In this document: positions 26,453 to 42,326 of the stretch, piece by piece
How positions within the stretch are numbered: the first letter of the stretch is position 1
Layout of the letters: every line of letters begins with the position of its first letter
Assembly: GCA_951406725.2 (NCBI GenBank)
Contig: OX597824.1
Location: 79,546,001-79,610,000, forward strand
Length of the DNA stretch: 64,000 bases
Origin: Octopus vulgaris
Taxonomy: Eukaryota
Direction of reading: 5' to 3'
Translations under genes and position numbers: made by a program
The notes under the pieces: generated by a model
Told to the model about the DNA's origin: nothing
Database searches by the model: none
What the model saw: only the letters and a program-made list of their open reading frames with translations

Positions 26453-27051
26453 TATTTCTTTATTGCCCACAAGGGGCTAAACATAGAGGGGACAAACAAG
26501 GACAGACAAAGGGATTAAGTCGATTACATCGACTCCAGTGTGTAACTGGTACTTAATTTATCGACCCTGAAAGGATGAAAGGCAAAATTGACCTCGGTGG
26601 AATTTGAACTTAGAACGTAACGGCAGACGAAATACCTATTTCTTTACTACCCACAAGGAGCTAAACACAGAGAGGAAAAACAAGGACAGACAAACGGATT
26701 AAGTCGATTATATCGACCCCAGTGCATAACTGGTACTTATTTAATCGACCCAGAAAGGATGAAAGGCAAAGTCGACCTCGGCGGAATTTGAACTTAGAAC
26801 GTAACGGCAGACGAAATACCTATTTCTTTACTACCCACAAGGGGCTAAACACAGAGAGGAAAAACAAGGACAGACAAACGGATTAAGTCGATTATATCGA
26901 CCTCAGTGCGTAACTGGTACTTATTTAATCGACCCAGAAAGGATGAAAGGCAAAGTCGACCTCGGCGGAATTTGAACTTAGAACGTAGCGGCAGACGAAA
27001 TACCGCTAAGCATTTCACCTGGCGTGCTTACCATTCTGCCAGCTCGCCACC
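26453..27051 (-). mobile_element. SINE family B trimer with 19-bp TSD
   Basis: Three ~185-bp bodies and one head; TAAYGATGTTCTAAATACT at 26434-26452 and 27054-27072. Confidence 0.9.
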
Positions 27052-27349
27052 TTTAACGATGTTCTAAATACTCTCACCTAGAAGCCTTTTTTTAAGTGTC
27101 TCTCAGATTCTCTTCTGAACAATTGATGATGTGGACTTATCATACATCCCACAAAACTTTAAAAGCTGTGGAATTGAGTCAAAGTGTTATTAAATACATG
27201 TAACTACTGTCCTGCTGTTTATACTACCAGCTGCTCTGACAACTCTGGGCAACTGAATTATGTATGGCTAGACACTTGAACAGGATTACTATTATACTGT
27301 GCAATTTTGAGTAGAATGGATATCCTCCAATTTTAACGACAGTTTTCAT

Positions 27350-28130
27350 CATCATTATTAATTGTTTAACATTCATTTTTCCATGCTGGCATGGGTTGGA
27401 TGGTTCAAGAGGAGCTAGCAAGCCGGAGAGTTACACCAGACTCCAATTGTCTGTTTTGGTATGGATTCTATGGCTGGATGTTCTTCATAATGTCAACCAA
27501 TTTACAAAGGATACTGGATGCTTTTTACATGATACCAGCACAGGTGCTTTCTGCATGGCACCAGCACAGGTGTTTTTTACATAGCACCAACACAGGTGTT
27601 TTTTTACATAGAACCAGCACAGGTGCTTTTTACCTGGCACCAGTACAGGTGTTTCTTACATGGCACCAACACAGGTGCTTTTTACTTGGCACCAACACAG
27701 GTGCTTCTTATATGGCACCAACACAGGTGTTTTTTTTACATAGAACCAGTACGGGTGCTTTTTACTTGGCACCAACACAGGTGCTTTTTACATGGCACCA
27801 ACACAGGTGTTTTTTACATAGAACCAGCACAGGTGCTTTTTACCAGGCACCAGCACAGGTGTTTCTTACATGGCACCAACACAGGTGCTTTTTACCTGGC
27901 ACCAACACAGGTGCTTCTTACATGGCACCAACACAGGTGCTTTTTACATGGCACCAACACAGGTGTTTTTTTTACATAGAACCAGTACGGGTGCTTTTTA
28001 CTTGGCACCAACACAGGTGCTTTTTACATGGCACCAGCACAGGTGCTTTTTACATGGCACCAACACATGTTTTTTTTTTACATAGAACCAGCACAGGTGC
28101 TTTTTACATGGCACCAGCACCAGTGGGGTC
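27350..28130 (-). repeat. SINE-C variant carrying a ~26-bp minisatellite (TGGCACCAACACAGGTGCTTTTTACA)n
   Basis: About 22 units at 27530-28120. Confidence 0.88.
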
Positions 28131-28419
28131 GCCAAGTAGCCTGCAAGGCAAAGACTTCTCAGCTGAAGGAGGAAGTGGAACTGAGGGAACTGGCTGAGTA
28201 TCAAAATAAAACAATACATACATGATGGCTGCACCTATATTTTAAGCAATGGCTTTGCTTGACTTTTTTCTTAAACACGAGCAGCATGGATGTGACTCTT
28301 CAGTCCAGCTAGGGATCTACACTCTTCGACACAAATGTGGAAGTGATGGGTACTTCTAGTAATAGATGTTCAGAGAGCTTGTCACCTATGCTGACACATG
28401 CCTTAATTCCAACATACAA

Positions 28420-29000
28420 TTTTTCCATGCTGGCATGGGTTGGATGGTTCAATAGGAGGTAGCAAGCCGGAGAGTTACACCAGACTCCAATTGTCTGTTT
28501 TGGCATGGATTATATGGCTGGATGTTCTTCATAAAGCCGACCACTTTAGAAAGGATACTGGATGCTTTTTACATGATACCAGCACAGGTGCTTTCTGCAT
28601 GGCACCAGCACAGGTATTTTTTACATGGCACCAACACAAGTGTTTTTTTTACATAGAACCAGCACAGGTACTTTTTACCTGGCACCAGTACAGGTGTTTC
28701 TTACATGGCACCAACACAGGTGCTTTTTACCTGGCACCAACACAGGTGCTTCTTACATGGCACCAACACAGGTGCTTTTTACATAGCACCAACACAGGTG
28801 TTTTTTACATAGAACCAGCACAGGTGCTTTTTACTTGGCACCAGCACAGGTGCTTCTTACATGGCACCAACACAGGTGTTTTTTACATAGAACCAGCACA
28901 GGTGCTTTTTACTTGGCACCAGCACAGGTGCTTCTTACATGGCACCAACACAAGTGTTTTTTACATAGAACCAGCACAGGTGCTTTTTACATGGCACCAG
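28420..29000 (-). repeat. Second copy of the SINE-C variant plus minisatellite
   Basis: Highly similar to 27376-27900; flanked by GCCTTAATTCCAACATAYAATTTTT direct repeats. Confidence 0.88.
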
Positions 29001-29678
29001 CCTTAATTCCAACATATAATTTTTCATTGAGTATTTTACCTTGCTTTGGCTATGACTAACCACAGTATGCAACACAGGTTAAAGATGTAAGGAATGGGCC
29101 AATCACCCTCAGTGAACAACAAATGCATTTGCCTCCAAAGAGAATTAGTCCACATTATTGGATGCAAAAGAAGTTGCAGGTATTGCTTCAGTTTTCCTTT
29201 TTGAGGGATGTCTAAACAAAGATTAGGGTCTCTCATTGCCAGCTGTTGACTCTACTGAGTGCATCTATGCTTTGAACATACATACATGCATATGTACATA
29301 CGTATATACATCCATCCATAAATACATGTGTACGTACATCCATGTATACATATACACATATACATCCATGCATCCATAAATACATGTGTACATACATCCC
29401 TGCATATATATACATATATACATGCATACATACATGCATCCATACATGCATGCATACATACATGCATCCATAAATACATGTGTACATACATCCACGCGTA
29501 CATATACATATATACATGCATACATACACACATGCATACATACATATAGCCAGCCAGCCAGCCAGCCAGCCAACCAGACAGACAGACAAATAGATAGATA
29601 AATAGGTTGGTAGATAGATCGATAGGTAGACAGACAGACACAGGGAGATAGATGGACAGACGGACAGACACAGATAGG

Positions 29679-29729
<51 letters not shown>

Positions 29730-29762
29730 GTAGGTAGGTAGGTAGGTAGGTAGATAGATAGG

Positions 29763-29793
<31 letters not shown>

Positions 29794-30834
29794 GTAGATA
29801 GATAGGTATAAATCAAGCGATAATTACAAGATAGCAAAGGGGGTATATAAAAACAAAACTATCAAAATCAAAGTAAATAAAAAAGTATTATATATTATTT
29901 AAACGCAAAAGGAAGGAACTTCCGAATCAACCTGTATACATAGATATGAATATGTGAGTGTATATGTGTGTATATATACACACATATATATAAACACACA
30001 TACACATTTGTATATGTATGTGTCTGCATGCGGGTTTGAATCTTTATGCAAGTATGTACGTGTGTATGGGGTGCTGGTGGTGGAATATTCATTGTGTGTG
30101 CTGCCCGTGGTGACGGTGGTAGCTGTGCAGACGATGGTGGGACTGCGGGGTTTGTTGCAACGGTTTGAAACTTTCACACGCCTTTTACCAGACGTGACTA
30201 ATCAAGTGTAAAGCAACAAGACACAGCAAAATCACCAACAGTAATTAACTAAAGTAATAATAAGGTGGTGGACTAGTTTGGCTGGCTGGCTGGCTGGCTG
30301 GTTGGTTGGTTGGCTGGCGGGCTGGTTGGTTGGTTGAAAAGGGAAGAGGAGGTGGAGGAGGAGAAAGAGGTGAAGGGAGTAGTAGAGGGATGTTGAGCGG
30401 GAACTGACCAGTCCGACGGACAAGCGAAATAAAAAGAGAAAGCAATCACAGCAAAAAACAAACAAAAAAGAAAATAAAAAAAACACAGCAACAGGTATAG
30501 CAAAACAAAAACAACAAAAGCAACAAAAAAATTTTCCAAACTATACAACGAAGCAGACGGAAAACGGAGACGGTCACATCTTACAGACAACTTAAAAAAA
30601 AAAACAAAAACTTATTGGAAACACAACAACAACAACAACAACAACTGCAGCAGCAGCAGTAGTAGTAGCAGCAAAAAAAACGATCAGAACAACAACAACA
30701 ACAACAATAACAACAAAGGCAGCGGCGGCGACAACAAGAGCCGAAGTTGGGCTAAAAAACTGCTGCAGTAACTCACAACGGATTCGTAAAAGTACACATC
30801 ACAACAACAACAAACAGAAAACTTTAATTATACT

Positions 30835-30868
<34 letters not shown>

Positions 30869-31029
30869 AATATAGCTGAATGAATATTCTGCTGCAAAGT
30901 AAGTTTTGTGTTCATTCATTCAATCAGGTTGTGTATATGTGTGAATGTGTATGTATGTATGTATGTGTGTGTGTGCGCGCGCGTAAAAGTGATAAATGAT
31001 TTTAATAACTCGATATATATATATATAAT

Positions 31030-33138
<2,109 letters not shown>

Positions 33139-33217
33139 AATGTAAAGTCAAATAACTATAATTCTAAGTAAACGTTGTATTATATATATGTATGTATATA
33201 TATACATATATCTATAT

Positions 33218-33379
33218 GGCATTACTTCGGTATAGGTACCGGAAGTACCGGATACATTTTAAGAAAGTGTTGGGGGGGGGGGGTTAGGGTTAGGGGTGAC
33301 AGAAAATGGTTTCTGTTATCTTCAGAAATGTAAACAAAGCCACTTCAGGTACTTAGGGTACCTATACCGAAGGATCGCC
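33218..33379. mobile_element. MITE with ~35-bp imperfect TIRs, TA-flanked
   Basis: GGCATTACTTCGGTATAGGTACC ... GGTACCTATACCGAAGGATCGCC. Confidence 0.75.
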
Positions 33380-34109
33380 ATATATATATATATATATATA
33401 TATATAGGATATATACACAAATGTATATCTATATATATGTATACACACACACACACGTATATATATGTGCGCACATACATTCGTACAAATACACACGTGT
33501 GTGTATATGCTTATCTACACACACACACACATATATATATATGTATATGTGTATGTGTATATATATGTGTGTGTGTATATATATATATGTAGATATATAT
33601 ACATAGATATATACATATGTATATGTGTATATATATAAGTGTGTATATAAATATATATATATATACACATGCATAAATATATATATATAAGTGTGTTTAT
33701 AAATATATATATACACACATGCATAAATATATATATATAAGTGTGTATATAAATATATATACACATGCATAAATATATATATATATAAGTGTGTATATAA
33801 ATATATATATACATGCATAAATATATATATATATACTCTCTTTTACTTGCTTTAGTCATCTGACTGCGGCCATGCTGGAGCACTGCCTTTAGTCGAGCAA
33901 ATCGACCCCAGGACTTATTCTTTGTAAGCCTAGTACTTAATTCATCCATACCTTAAAGTAAATTATGTTAACAGTTACTCAAATTCATTCCCACTGCATT
34001 GTGTGAAAGTACATTTATATGTATGTAGGCGTCTTGAGAGTCTTTCAAAAATTCTATTAATAATCTTCTCATTGGTCCACAGAATAGTACAGGGATTCCT
34101 TGGAGCAGA

Positions 34110-34375
34110 GTTGGCATGGACCAAGTTATTTTATACATAATTTTGTCTTCCTTCAGTTGCCACACAAAATTGGCCAAAGATGTTGAAAGTCTCTTATTGA
34201 TTCCCTTGAAGCTGGCAAAATGGTTGCAATAACGATTCTTAAATGAATCAGCCGTTTGCTCATTGTAAACATAGTCCCTCCCCTTGTATGCATCATACAT
34301 TTATATACAAAATTTGTACTCATACAGAGGTTCATCAATGGGCATTTTGATTTTTCTCTGCATGAGCATTTATAT
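34110..34375 (-). mobile_element. Penelope-like (Neptune-type) GIY-YIG endonuclease remnant
   Basis: CSCREKSKCPLMNLCMSTNFVYKC, frameshifting into QTADSFKNRYCNHFASF...STSLANFVWQLKE...YKITW. Confidence 0.8.
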
Positions 34376-34772
34376 TTATTTGTATATATGGCACACCTAA
34401 CTTCATTTGCTAGATCCGAACTAATTAAGAACACTACATCTATATCTAAATACATTGAGATATATATATCATCGATGTTTGGTAGATCCAAACTAGCTAA
34501 TTAAGGACACTACATCTATATTTAAATACATTTATTGATGATATATATATATATATATAAATGAGCAAAACGCTCCTCATCCAATGGACGGTGGTGAGTT
34601 GTCAAACATTTAAGCCAAATTTTCTCAAAATGATTTGTCTGACTGTCCCATAGGCCTACCCTTTGAGAAACACTGATTTAACCTAAATTTGAGTCACCAG
34701 CAAAAGATTGTGTATCCCTCTCTACACAATCATCTTTATATATATATATATATATATACACACGTTTATTGA

Positions 34773-34814
<42 letters not shown>

Positions 34815-35501
34815 TTAAATATTTGTTGTGCAAGATTTTTTATGTGAAGTCGTGTGTTGAAACAGATATATATAGTGCGTGTGTTTTTATTGGCTAAACT
34901 GGCAAAATGACCATTCCGAAATATAACAATATATATATACTCAATAAACGTGTATATATATATACATTTATATATATATATGTTTATTTATATTCTTTAT
35001 AATATTAATGTAGAATATTGAATATATCTCTTATTATAAAAGGCAGATTTTATCTGCCTCCCTTTGGGAGTTATACAAATCTACAATATAGGATTTCTTC
35101 AATTACAATTTACCTAGCATTTTTGAGAGTACAATGCATCGCGTCATGCCAGGTCCAGTTTTTAAAATTTAAACTCCAATTAAGCAAAATTTACAGAAAA
35201 CTCACATTCTGGTGTGTGTGTCAAATGCTTTTCTTAGTCTGGTTTACACCACACGCAAACGCACACACACAGTGGGCAACGAATAAAATGAAAGTAAATA
35301 GCGACAGAGTGATTTGAGGAAGACTAAAGTGAAAGTATTCTGTCTATGACGCTGATAGATACATGAGTAAAATGTATGGGAAGCTAAGAGCTAAGAGTGA
35401 GTGAAAATGTTCTTGGAAGAGAGTAATTAGTAATAAAGTAAACATACACTCATACATACATACATACATACATACATACATACATACATACATACATACA
35501 T

Positions 35502-35536
<35 letters not shown>

Positions 35537-35840
35537 TACACACACACATACATACACACACACATACATACATACACACATACATACATACATACATATA
35601 CATACATACATACATATACATACATACATACACACACACACATACACACACACACAGTATTGAAGCTTGAGAACAATCAGATACATTTGCAACACATCTG
35701 TTGAAAATATTATTGTTCACACACATACATATACATATATACATACAGACAGACAGACAGATAGACACACACACACACACACACACACATGATCCAGCAT
35801 GGCCACAACCTCAAGGCTGAAACATATAAAAGAATAACAG

Positions 35841-36210
35841 AATATAAATGTGTGCAAAGTACAAGAAATATTAATGCAGTATATGGGGATTGGACAATAA
35901 GCGTAAGGCAGTGTCAATGGTGGTTCCAGAAATCCCGAGCCATAAACTACAGCCTAGAAGACGAGCCTCATCCTGAAAGATCTGTAGAACTCGACAAGGA
36001 CATCCTGAAAACCCTGGTGGAACAAAATATCATCGTAACTGTTGAGGAACTAGCAGAGAAGCTTGGATTTGGTCATTCAACCATTCATTGACACCTGTGT
36101 GCTATCGGAAAAGTCAGCAAATTGGGTCAATGGGTTCCTCACGAACTTTCCGAGTCTAATTGCATGCAGAGAGTGAATGTATGCTTTTCTTTGCTGTCAT
36201 ATCTCACCAC
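35841..36210 (+). mobile_element. Mariner transposase N-terminal fragment
   Basis: WWFQKSR...SLEDEPHPERS...TVEELAEKLGFGHSTI; same family as 54808-56094. Confidence 0.85.
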
Positions 36211-36226
36211 TACTGCACTATGTATA

Positions 36227-36842
36227 TCTATATATATAAAACTGTAGTTGTGTGAGTGTCTGTCCCCTTCGATTTAGATTCCTAACTACTCCCACATTTT
36301 GCGGTACAGTTTAACCAAATTCGGGTAGCTTATAGTCGTGATTCATATCGAGCCCGTCTGAATATTAGCGCGCGTCTACGATGAGTCTACGATTTTAAAA
36401 ATAATTTAACATCATTTTTTATTCCATTTTAATGCATAATTTTTCGTGTGTCGATGGCGGCGGAGTTGGCGTCCATGCTCACACCTGCACCTGTGGGGAA
36501 GGGAGTGTAAGGAAATCAACGTCGTAATGCGTTGTCAAGGAGACCAGTGTTCTTTTAGAACAACGACTTCATGGCTTGAAGACACCAAAACAGAAATGGC
36601 TAAGAAAGCGTCTACATGAGTCTACGATTTAAAAAAAAATTTACCATCGTTTTTTTTCCATTTTAATGCATTTTTTCGCTATTATATAAGGGAAGTAACT
36701 CTCTAAAAATGTCTACGATGAGTCAACGATTTAAAAAAAAATTTACCATCATATTTTTTCCATTTTTTGGCTATAACTCTCTAAAAATGCTTATATAGTT
36801 ATTTCCCTTACAAACCCGAGCAACGCCGGGCGATACTGCTAG
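36227..36842 (+). mobile_element. Non-autonomous Helitron
   Basis: A|TCTATATATATAAAACTG ... CCCGAGCAACGCCGGGCGATACTGCTAG|T; ends shared with 14461-14852. Confidence 0.88.
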
Positions 36843-37689
36843 TAGTATATATAGTATAAATAATATATATATAGTAAATATTGAATAGATGAAATATTGA
36901 ATATAAAATATTAAGGGACTAGTATACTTTCTTGCATTATAGCAGTCTTCAAGGTCCCAGGTTGTGACAGGAGTATTTCATCATAATTCATCATTATTTA
37001 ACCATTTAATGTCTGCATTGCATGCTGGTATTGGTTGGATGGTTTGAAAGGATTCAACTAGTTTGAAGACTGTACCAGGTTTTACTATCCGCTTTGGTAA
37101 GGTTTCTATGGTTGGATGTCTGCCCTTCCTAACACTATCCACTTCACACAGAGTGTACTGGGTATTGTTTTGAATGGCACCAGCACTAGTAAGGTCCCCC
37201 ACCAAAACAAGATGCAAGACAATACAATTAGATAGAGTAAGGGGATGCAGTATTGAGGGAGGTGACTTTGTGTGGAGTGTATGGAGGCTGAAGTAGGAAA
37301 GAAGGACAGGAAGTGTCTTGCTATAGAGGACTTATGATAGCTAATCCAGCAGGATTGAGATGAAGGATGGTGGAGATGAAGTATAGGGGAATCCCTCAAG
37401 GTACAAGAAAGTGGATAGGCAGAGAGAGAAAAGAGGCAAGAAATCAAGTATAGCTGAGTGGACAGGTAGATTTGTAAGAAAGGAGAGTTACAGACAGCAG
37501 TGATGATGACAGAGGTGAAATCTGTGAACTGTGAAGAGGAATGAAGGTTTGGGCAATGGTGAGTCTTTATTTGGGGAAATGTAAGCTCAATAGGAGTGAC
37601 TCATGGAGGAAGTGGAGGAAGCAATTGGTGTAATACATAAAAAATTGTGATGTGTGGGTGTCCTGGAGGACAGTGGTATAATAAAAGTG

Positions 37690-38100
37690 TAGAGGAGTGA
37701 CTGTGTGGTAAGTAGCTTGCTCACCAACCACATGGTTCCGGGTTCAGTCCCACTGCGTGGCACCTTGGGCCAGTGTCTTCTACTATAGCCTCGGGCCGAC
37801 CAAAGCCTTGTGAGTGGATTCGGTAGATGGAAACTGAAAGAAGCCCGTTGTATATATGTATATGTATATATATGTATATGTGTGTGTATATGTTTGTGTG
37901 TCTGTGTTTGTCTCCCCAACATCGCTTGACAACCGCTTCTGGTGTGTTTACATCCCCGTAACTTAGCGGTTCGGCAAAATAGACCGATAGAATAAGTACT
38001 AGGCTTACAAAGAATAAGTCCTGGGGTCGATTTGCTCGATTAAAGGCGGTGCTCCAGCATGGCCACAGTCAAATGACTGAAACAAATAAAAGAGTAAAAG
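37690..38100 (+). mobile_element. SINE family A (full length)
   Basis: Matches 793-1196. Confidence 0.9.
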
Positions 38101-38533
38101 TGTAGATAGATGAGAAATAAGCATATATGTTGTGGTGTGTGTTTTTCTACAGCTCAAGGCTAACCTGCAGCTATAGTAAGACTGTAGATGCCATTGATCA
38201 GTAGGGTTGCATGAAGGCAGCAGGTGTGTTAAAAAATGCCAGTCTGAGCTGTTTTCATAGCATGAAACTATTAGTAGCTCATAAAACTATATACAGCACT
38301 TATCAAATAGTATTTATATCTCATCAAATGGAGTAGTCTTTTTGTTGATCTTACCATCATTGAACAGTACAACACACACACACACGCACACACGCACACA
38401 CACACGCACTCACACACACAAGCATAAAATGATAGTATTATGAACAGGCAAAACAATTAGTATCAGGTTAGCTTATGACATTTATGGCCTGAGTATTGAT
38501 CCATAAAAAGGAAGGAATTAAATAGGCATGTAC

Positions 38534-38588
<55 letters not shown>

Positions 38589-38634
38589 TTTATATTTATA
38601 TTTATTTATATATATATATATTTATATATTTATA

Positions 38635-38722
<88 letters not shown>

Positions 38723-38790
38723 TTATATATATATATATATTCTTTTACTTTTTTACTTGTTTCAATCACTTGATTGTGGTCATGCTGGAG

Positions 38791-38850
<60 letters not shown>

Positions 38851-39020
38851 TCTTTTATTCTTTTACTTGTTTCAGTCATTTGAATGCGGCCATGCTGGAA
38901 CACCACTTTTTAGCCTAGTACTTATTCTATTAGTCTTTTTTGTTGAACTGCTTAGGTATGGGGACATAAACATACCAGCATCGGTTGGCAAGTGATAGCG
39001 GGGTGGGTGGATGTTTGGAT

Positions 39021-39189
<169 letters not shown>

Positions 39190-39190
39190 C

Positions 39191-39246
<56 letters not shown>

Positions 39247-39247
39247 G

Positions 39248-39315
<68 letters not shown>

Positions 39316-39756
39316 TACACTTTATTGAAATAAAAAAGTTTCCCCAAAATTAAACATATTTATAGAAACTGACACATACAAACATACGCAAACATATATA
39401 TACATACAATTCACCCACATATATATTCACATGGACACACAAATTTTTTACCCAAACATTCACATGCAAACATACATAACCCTAACCCTTACACTAAAAA
39501 TACAATAAATTTCTTCAAATTCAGTGGCTGACCCGAGTAGTTTTAGATGAATGAGTTTATCTTTTAATATCTTGTGTAGAAAGTGTAGGAAATATGTTTT
39601 TTCTTTTCTCTTTTTTTGAAAGAACTTGTAGATTTTTTTAAAAGACTTCAGGGAGACCACCTTTATGAAATGTTGCAGTATAGAATGTGAACTCTTGAGC
39701 GTGGGGCCCTCTTTGGTGTGGGACCCAATTGGTCCAATTGGCTTAATGCTGGCCCT

Positions 39757-39798
<42 letters not shown>

Positions 39799-39800
<2 letters not shown>

Positions 39801-40023
39801 TATTAAAAAAGCTGCAAAGACATCACAAAATCTGTTACTCAGAGTTTCATGCCCCCGTTCGTCAGACAGTCTAAACCGAAACTGTCCTACGAACGGGAAC
39901 ATGAAACTCTGAGTAACAGTTTTTGTGATGTTTTTGCAGCATTTTTAATAAAGCATATTACTCTATCTCCAGCATTTGAGAACTATTTTTTCCACCTTGT
40001 TTCACATTTATATGCTTACTTTG

Positions 40024-40024
<1 letters not shown>
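39799..40024. mobile_element. Family H3 element as a head-to-head inverted pair
   Basis: 39799-39870 is the reverse complement of 39881-39952; the long arm continues to about 40024; TA-flanked. Confidence 0.82.
39832..39869 (-). ncRNA. Minimal type I hammerhead motif (H3)
   Basis: CUGU-CUGACGA-ACGggggCAU-GAAA-CUCuGAG-UA-ACAG; a degenerate mirror copy lies at 39882-39919 (+). Confidence 0.72.
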
Positions 40025-40057
<33 letters not shown>

Positions 40058-40058
<1 letters not shown>

Positions 40059-40445
40059 CTCTCTTTTTACTCTTTTACTTGTATCAGTCATTTGACTGTG
40101 GCCATGCTGGAGCACCGCCTTTAGTCGAGCAAATGGACCCCCGGGACTTATTCTTTGTAAGCCCAGTACTTATTCTATCAGTCTCTTTTGCCGAACCACT
40201 AAGTTATGGGGATGTAAACACATCAGCATCAGTTGTCAAGCAATGTTTGGGGGACAAACACAGACACACAAATGTATACACACACATACATATATATGAT
40301 GGGCTTCTTTCAGTTTCAGTTTCAGGCTTTGGTTGGACGAGGCTATAGTAGAAGGCACTTGCCCAAGGTGCCACGCAGTGGGATTGAATCCGGAACCATG
40401 TGGTTCATAACCAAGTTACTTACCACACAGCCACTGCTACGCCTA
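40058..40445 (-). mobile_element. SINE family A
   Basis: Matches family A. Confidence 0.88.
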
Positions 40446-40532
40446 CACACACGTACTTATATTATGCATATGAATATAATATATTTATGTATATGTATGT
40501 ATGTGTCTTTGTAAACATACATACACACTGAC

Positions 40533-40565
<33 letters not shown>

Positions 40566-40566
40566 C

Positions 40567-40620
<54 letters not shown>

Positions 40621-40929
40621 TTATGAGTTTGTGATAAATTATTTACGGTTGAGAAGAAACACAAATGTGCAAGCTAATTGCCGCTAAACATGAACTACAA
40701 GCTGTAAGTGAAAAACCTTTACCATTGTGAAAAACTGATACAATGCAAAGCTATCGGTTGCAAGTTTCCACTTAATCCACAAGTGGTTATATTGCTGTAC
40801 GAAGCCACACCATGAAGGCCATAAAACCTACTTCCTAAGATTCAGATTCTATGTAGTTTGATAAAGACTCTGGAGTAAGTACTTCCAAAACATATAACTT
40901 CAACAGCAAAGCCCTCCTGGCAGTCGTTG

Positions 40930-42220
40930 CAAAACTATTGAACGGAAAATCACCTTGGAGAAACCTGATAGTTAATTATTGGTATGGAAAGCTCTTGTTA
41001 ACATGTACACGGCAGCTCTTGTTAACCTGTTCAAAACAAGACAAAAAAATTTTTTAAAAAATGAATGCTGAACTTGATGTGTCAGTCTGGTTGGTAGTTT
41101 AGTTTCATGCATAACACTAGTATCAAAGAAACAGATTTATGTGAACCAAATCTAAATGTGATTAAAAATTATGGACAGGTTGCTTGAATGCATTCCTCCA
41201 TGATCACCGTGAAACATGCAGTGAAGAGTAAGGATGATGAACGGGTGTCTGGGTCATGTCTGGTTGTATCATAATAATAATAAAAATGGAATTCATGTAT
41301 ACAGTGCTCAGGTGCACCACAACTTGTCAAAAGTGCGCATAAGGTATATGCAGTAATGTACAAATGTCTGGAAAGTAGTGAACAGTGTATGAGTCAGATA
41401 CATGCCTGCGTGTGTATGGAGGGAAGAAAATCAGGTGTAGTGTTGGCGAATCTCAGGAAGCATGGAGGTTTTGAAGGATGCAGTGCTACGACAACTAACA
41501 ACTGATGCCATAGCGTGTTGAACAGTTTCTCATCAACAAAGTTTTTCTCAAGGAAGCAGAACAACCTCTCAAGACTAACTTGCCGACACTATGACTGAAC
41601 TGTATGTGGACATTTGACTTTTTTCTTCCTTCATGGATTATAGAATCATTACGCCTTGTCAAGGTTCCAACTGCTACAGTCGATGGCATTAAAAGATTGG
41701 CAACAACATGGTCTACAGAGCCATTGATAAGAACTGGAGCTACTACTGTTATCACTAACAGAGTGAGGCTATCAACAGGAATATTTCAGGGTGATAGCTT
41801 ATCTGTAATGTTTTACGTCCTTACAGTGGAAACCTTGTCATGTCTGTTAAGGAAATGTAAAGGTTACATGGCAGGACCTGTCAATGAAAGATAAATAGAC
41901 GTCACCCACACCGCTTTTGTTGATGGCCCTAAGCTGTACTTGAATAATATTCATGACACCAAGACACAGTTAGACGTGGTCACTACATTCTTGTGACATA
42001 TAGGAACGGAGTTTGATCAGAAAATGTTTTCATATTTCTTAGTCAAACAAAGAAAAATTGTTGACCTGACACGGAATATGGATATCAGTGTCCTGTCTAT
42101 TTCCCCTATCACCAGCGAAGAATGTAACAAATACTGTATATGTTGGTGCTGTGAATAATGCTATAGTGACAAATGAATATTTCAGCAGGTATGGAAGTAT
42201 GGATGTCAGAGCTACATATT
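40930..42220 (+). mobile_element. R4/Dong-type LINE reverse transcriptase remnant, interrupted by CR1
   Basis: KSP...NYW, EQFLINKVFLKEA, GIFQGDSLS, THTAFVDGPKLY (decayed xxDD motif). Confidence 0.75.
41270..41510 (-). mobile_element. CR1 LINE 3' UTR and tail
   Basis: Reverse complement of 8788-9015. Confidence 0.85.
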
Positions 42221-42326
42221 TGCATTCTTAGATGGAGTTGCTGCTATAATCGGTTTTAAATATATCAGATGTTGTTGGTCGACTCTTTGGTAGAAAACCA
42301 ATTATAGCAGCGACTCCATCTAAGAA

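Noticed and set aside
27530-29000. CRISPR-like regular array
   Set aside because: Contiguous degenerate tandem units with no unique spacers, no cas genes, and a eukaryotic SINE context
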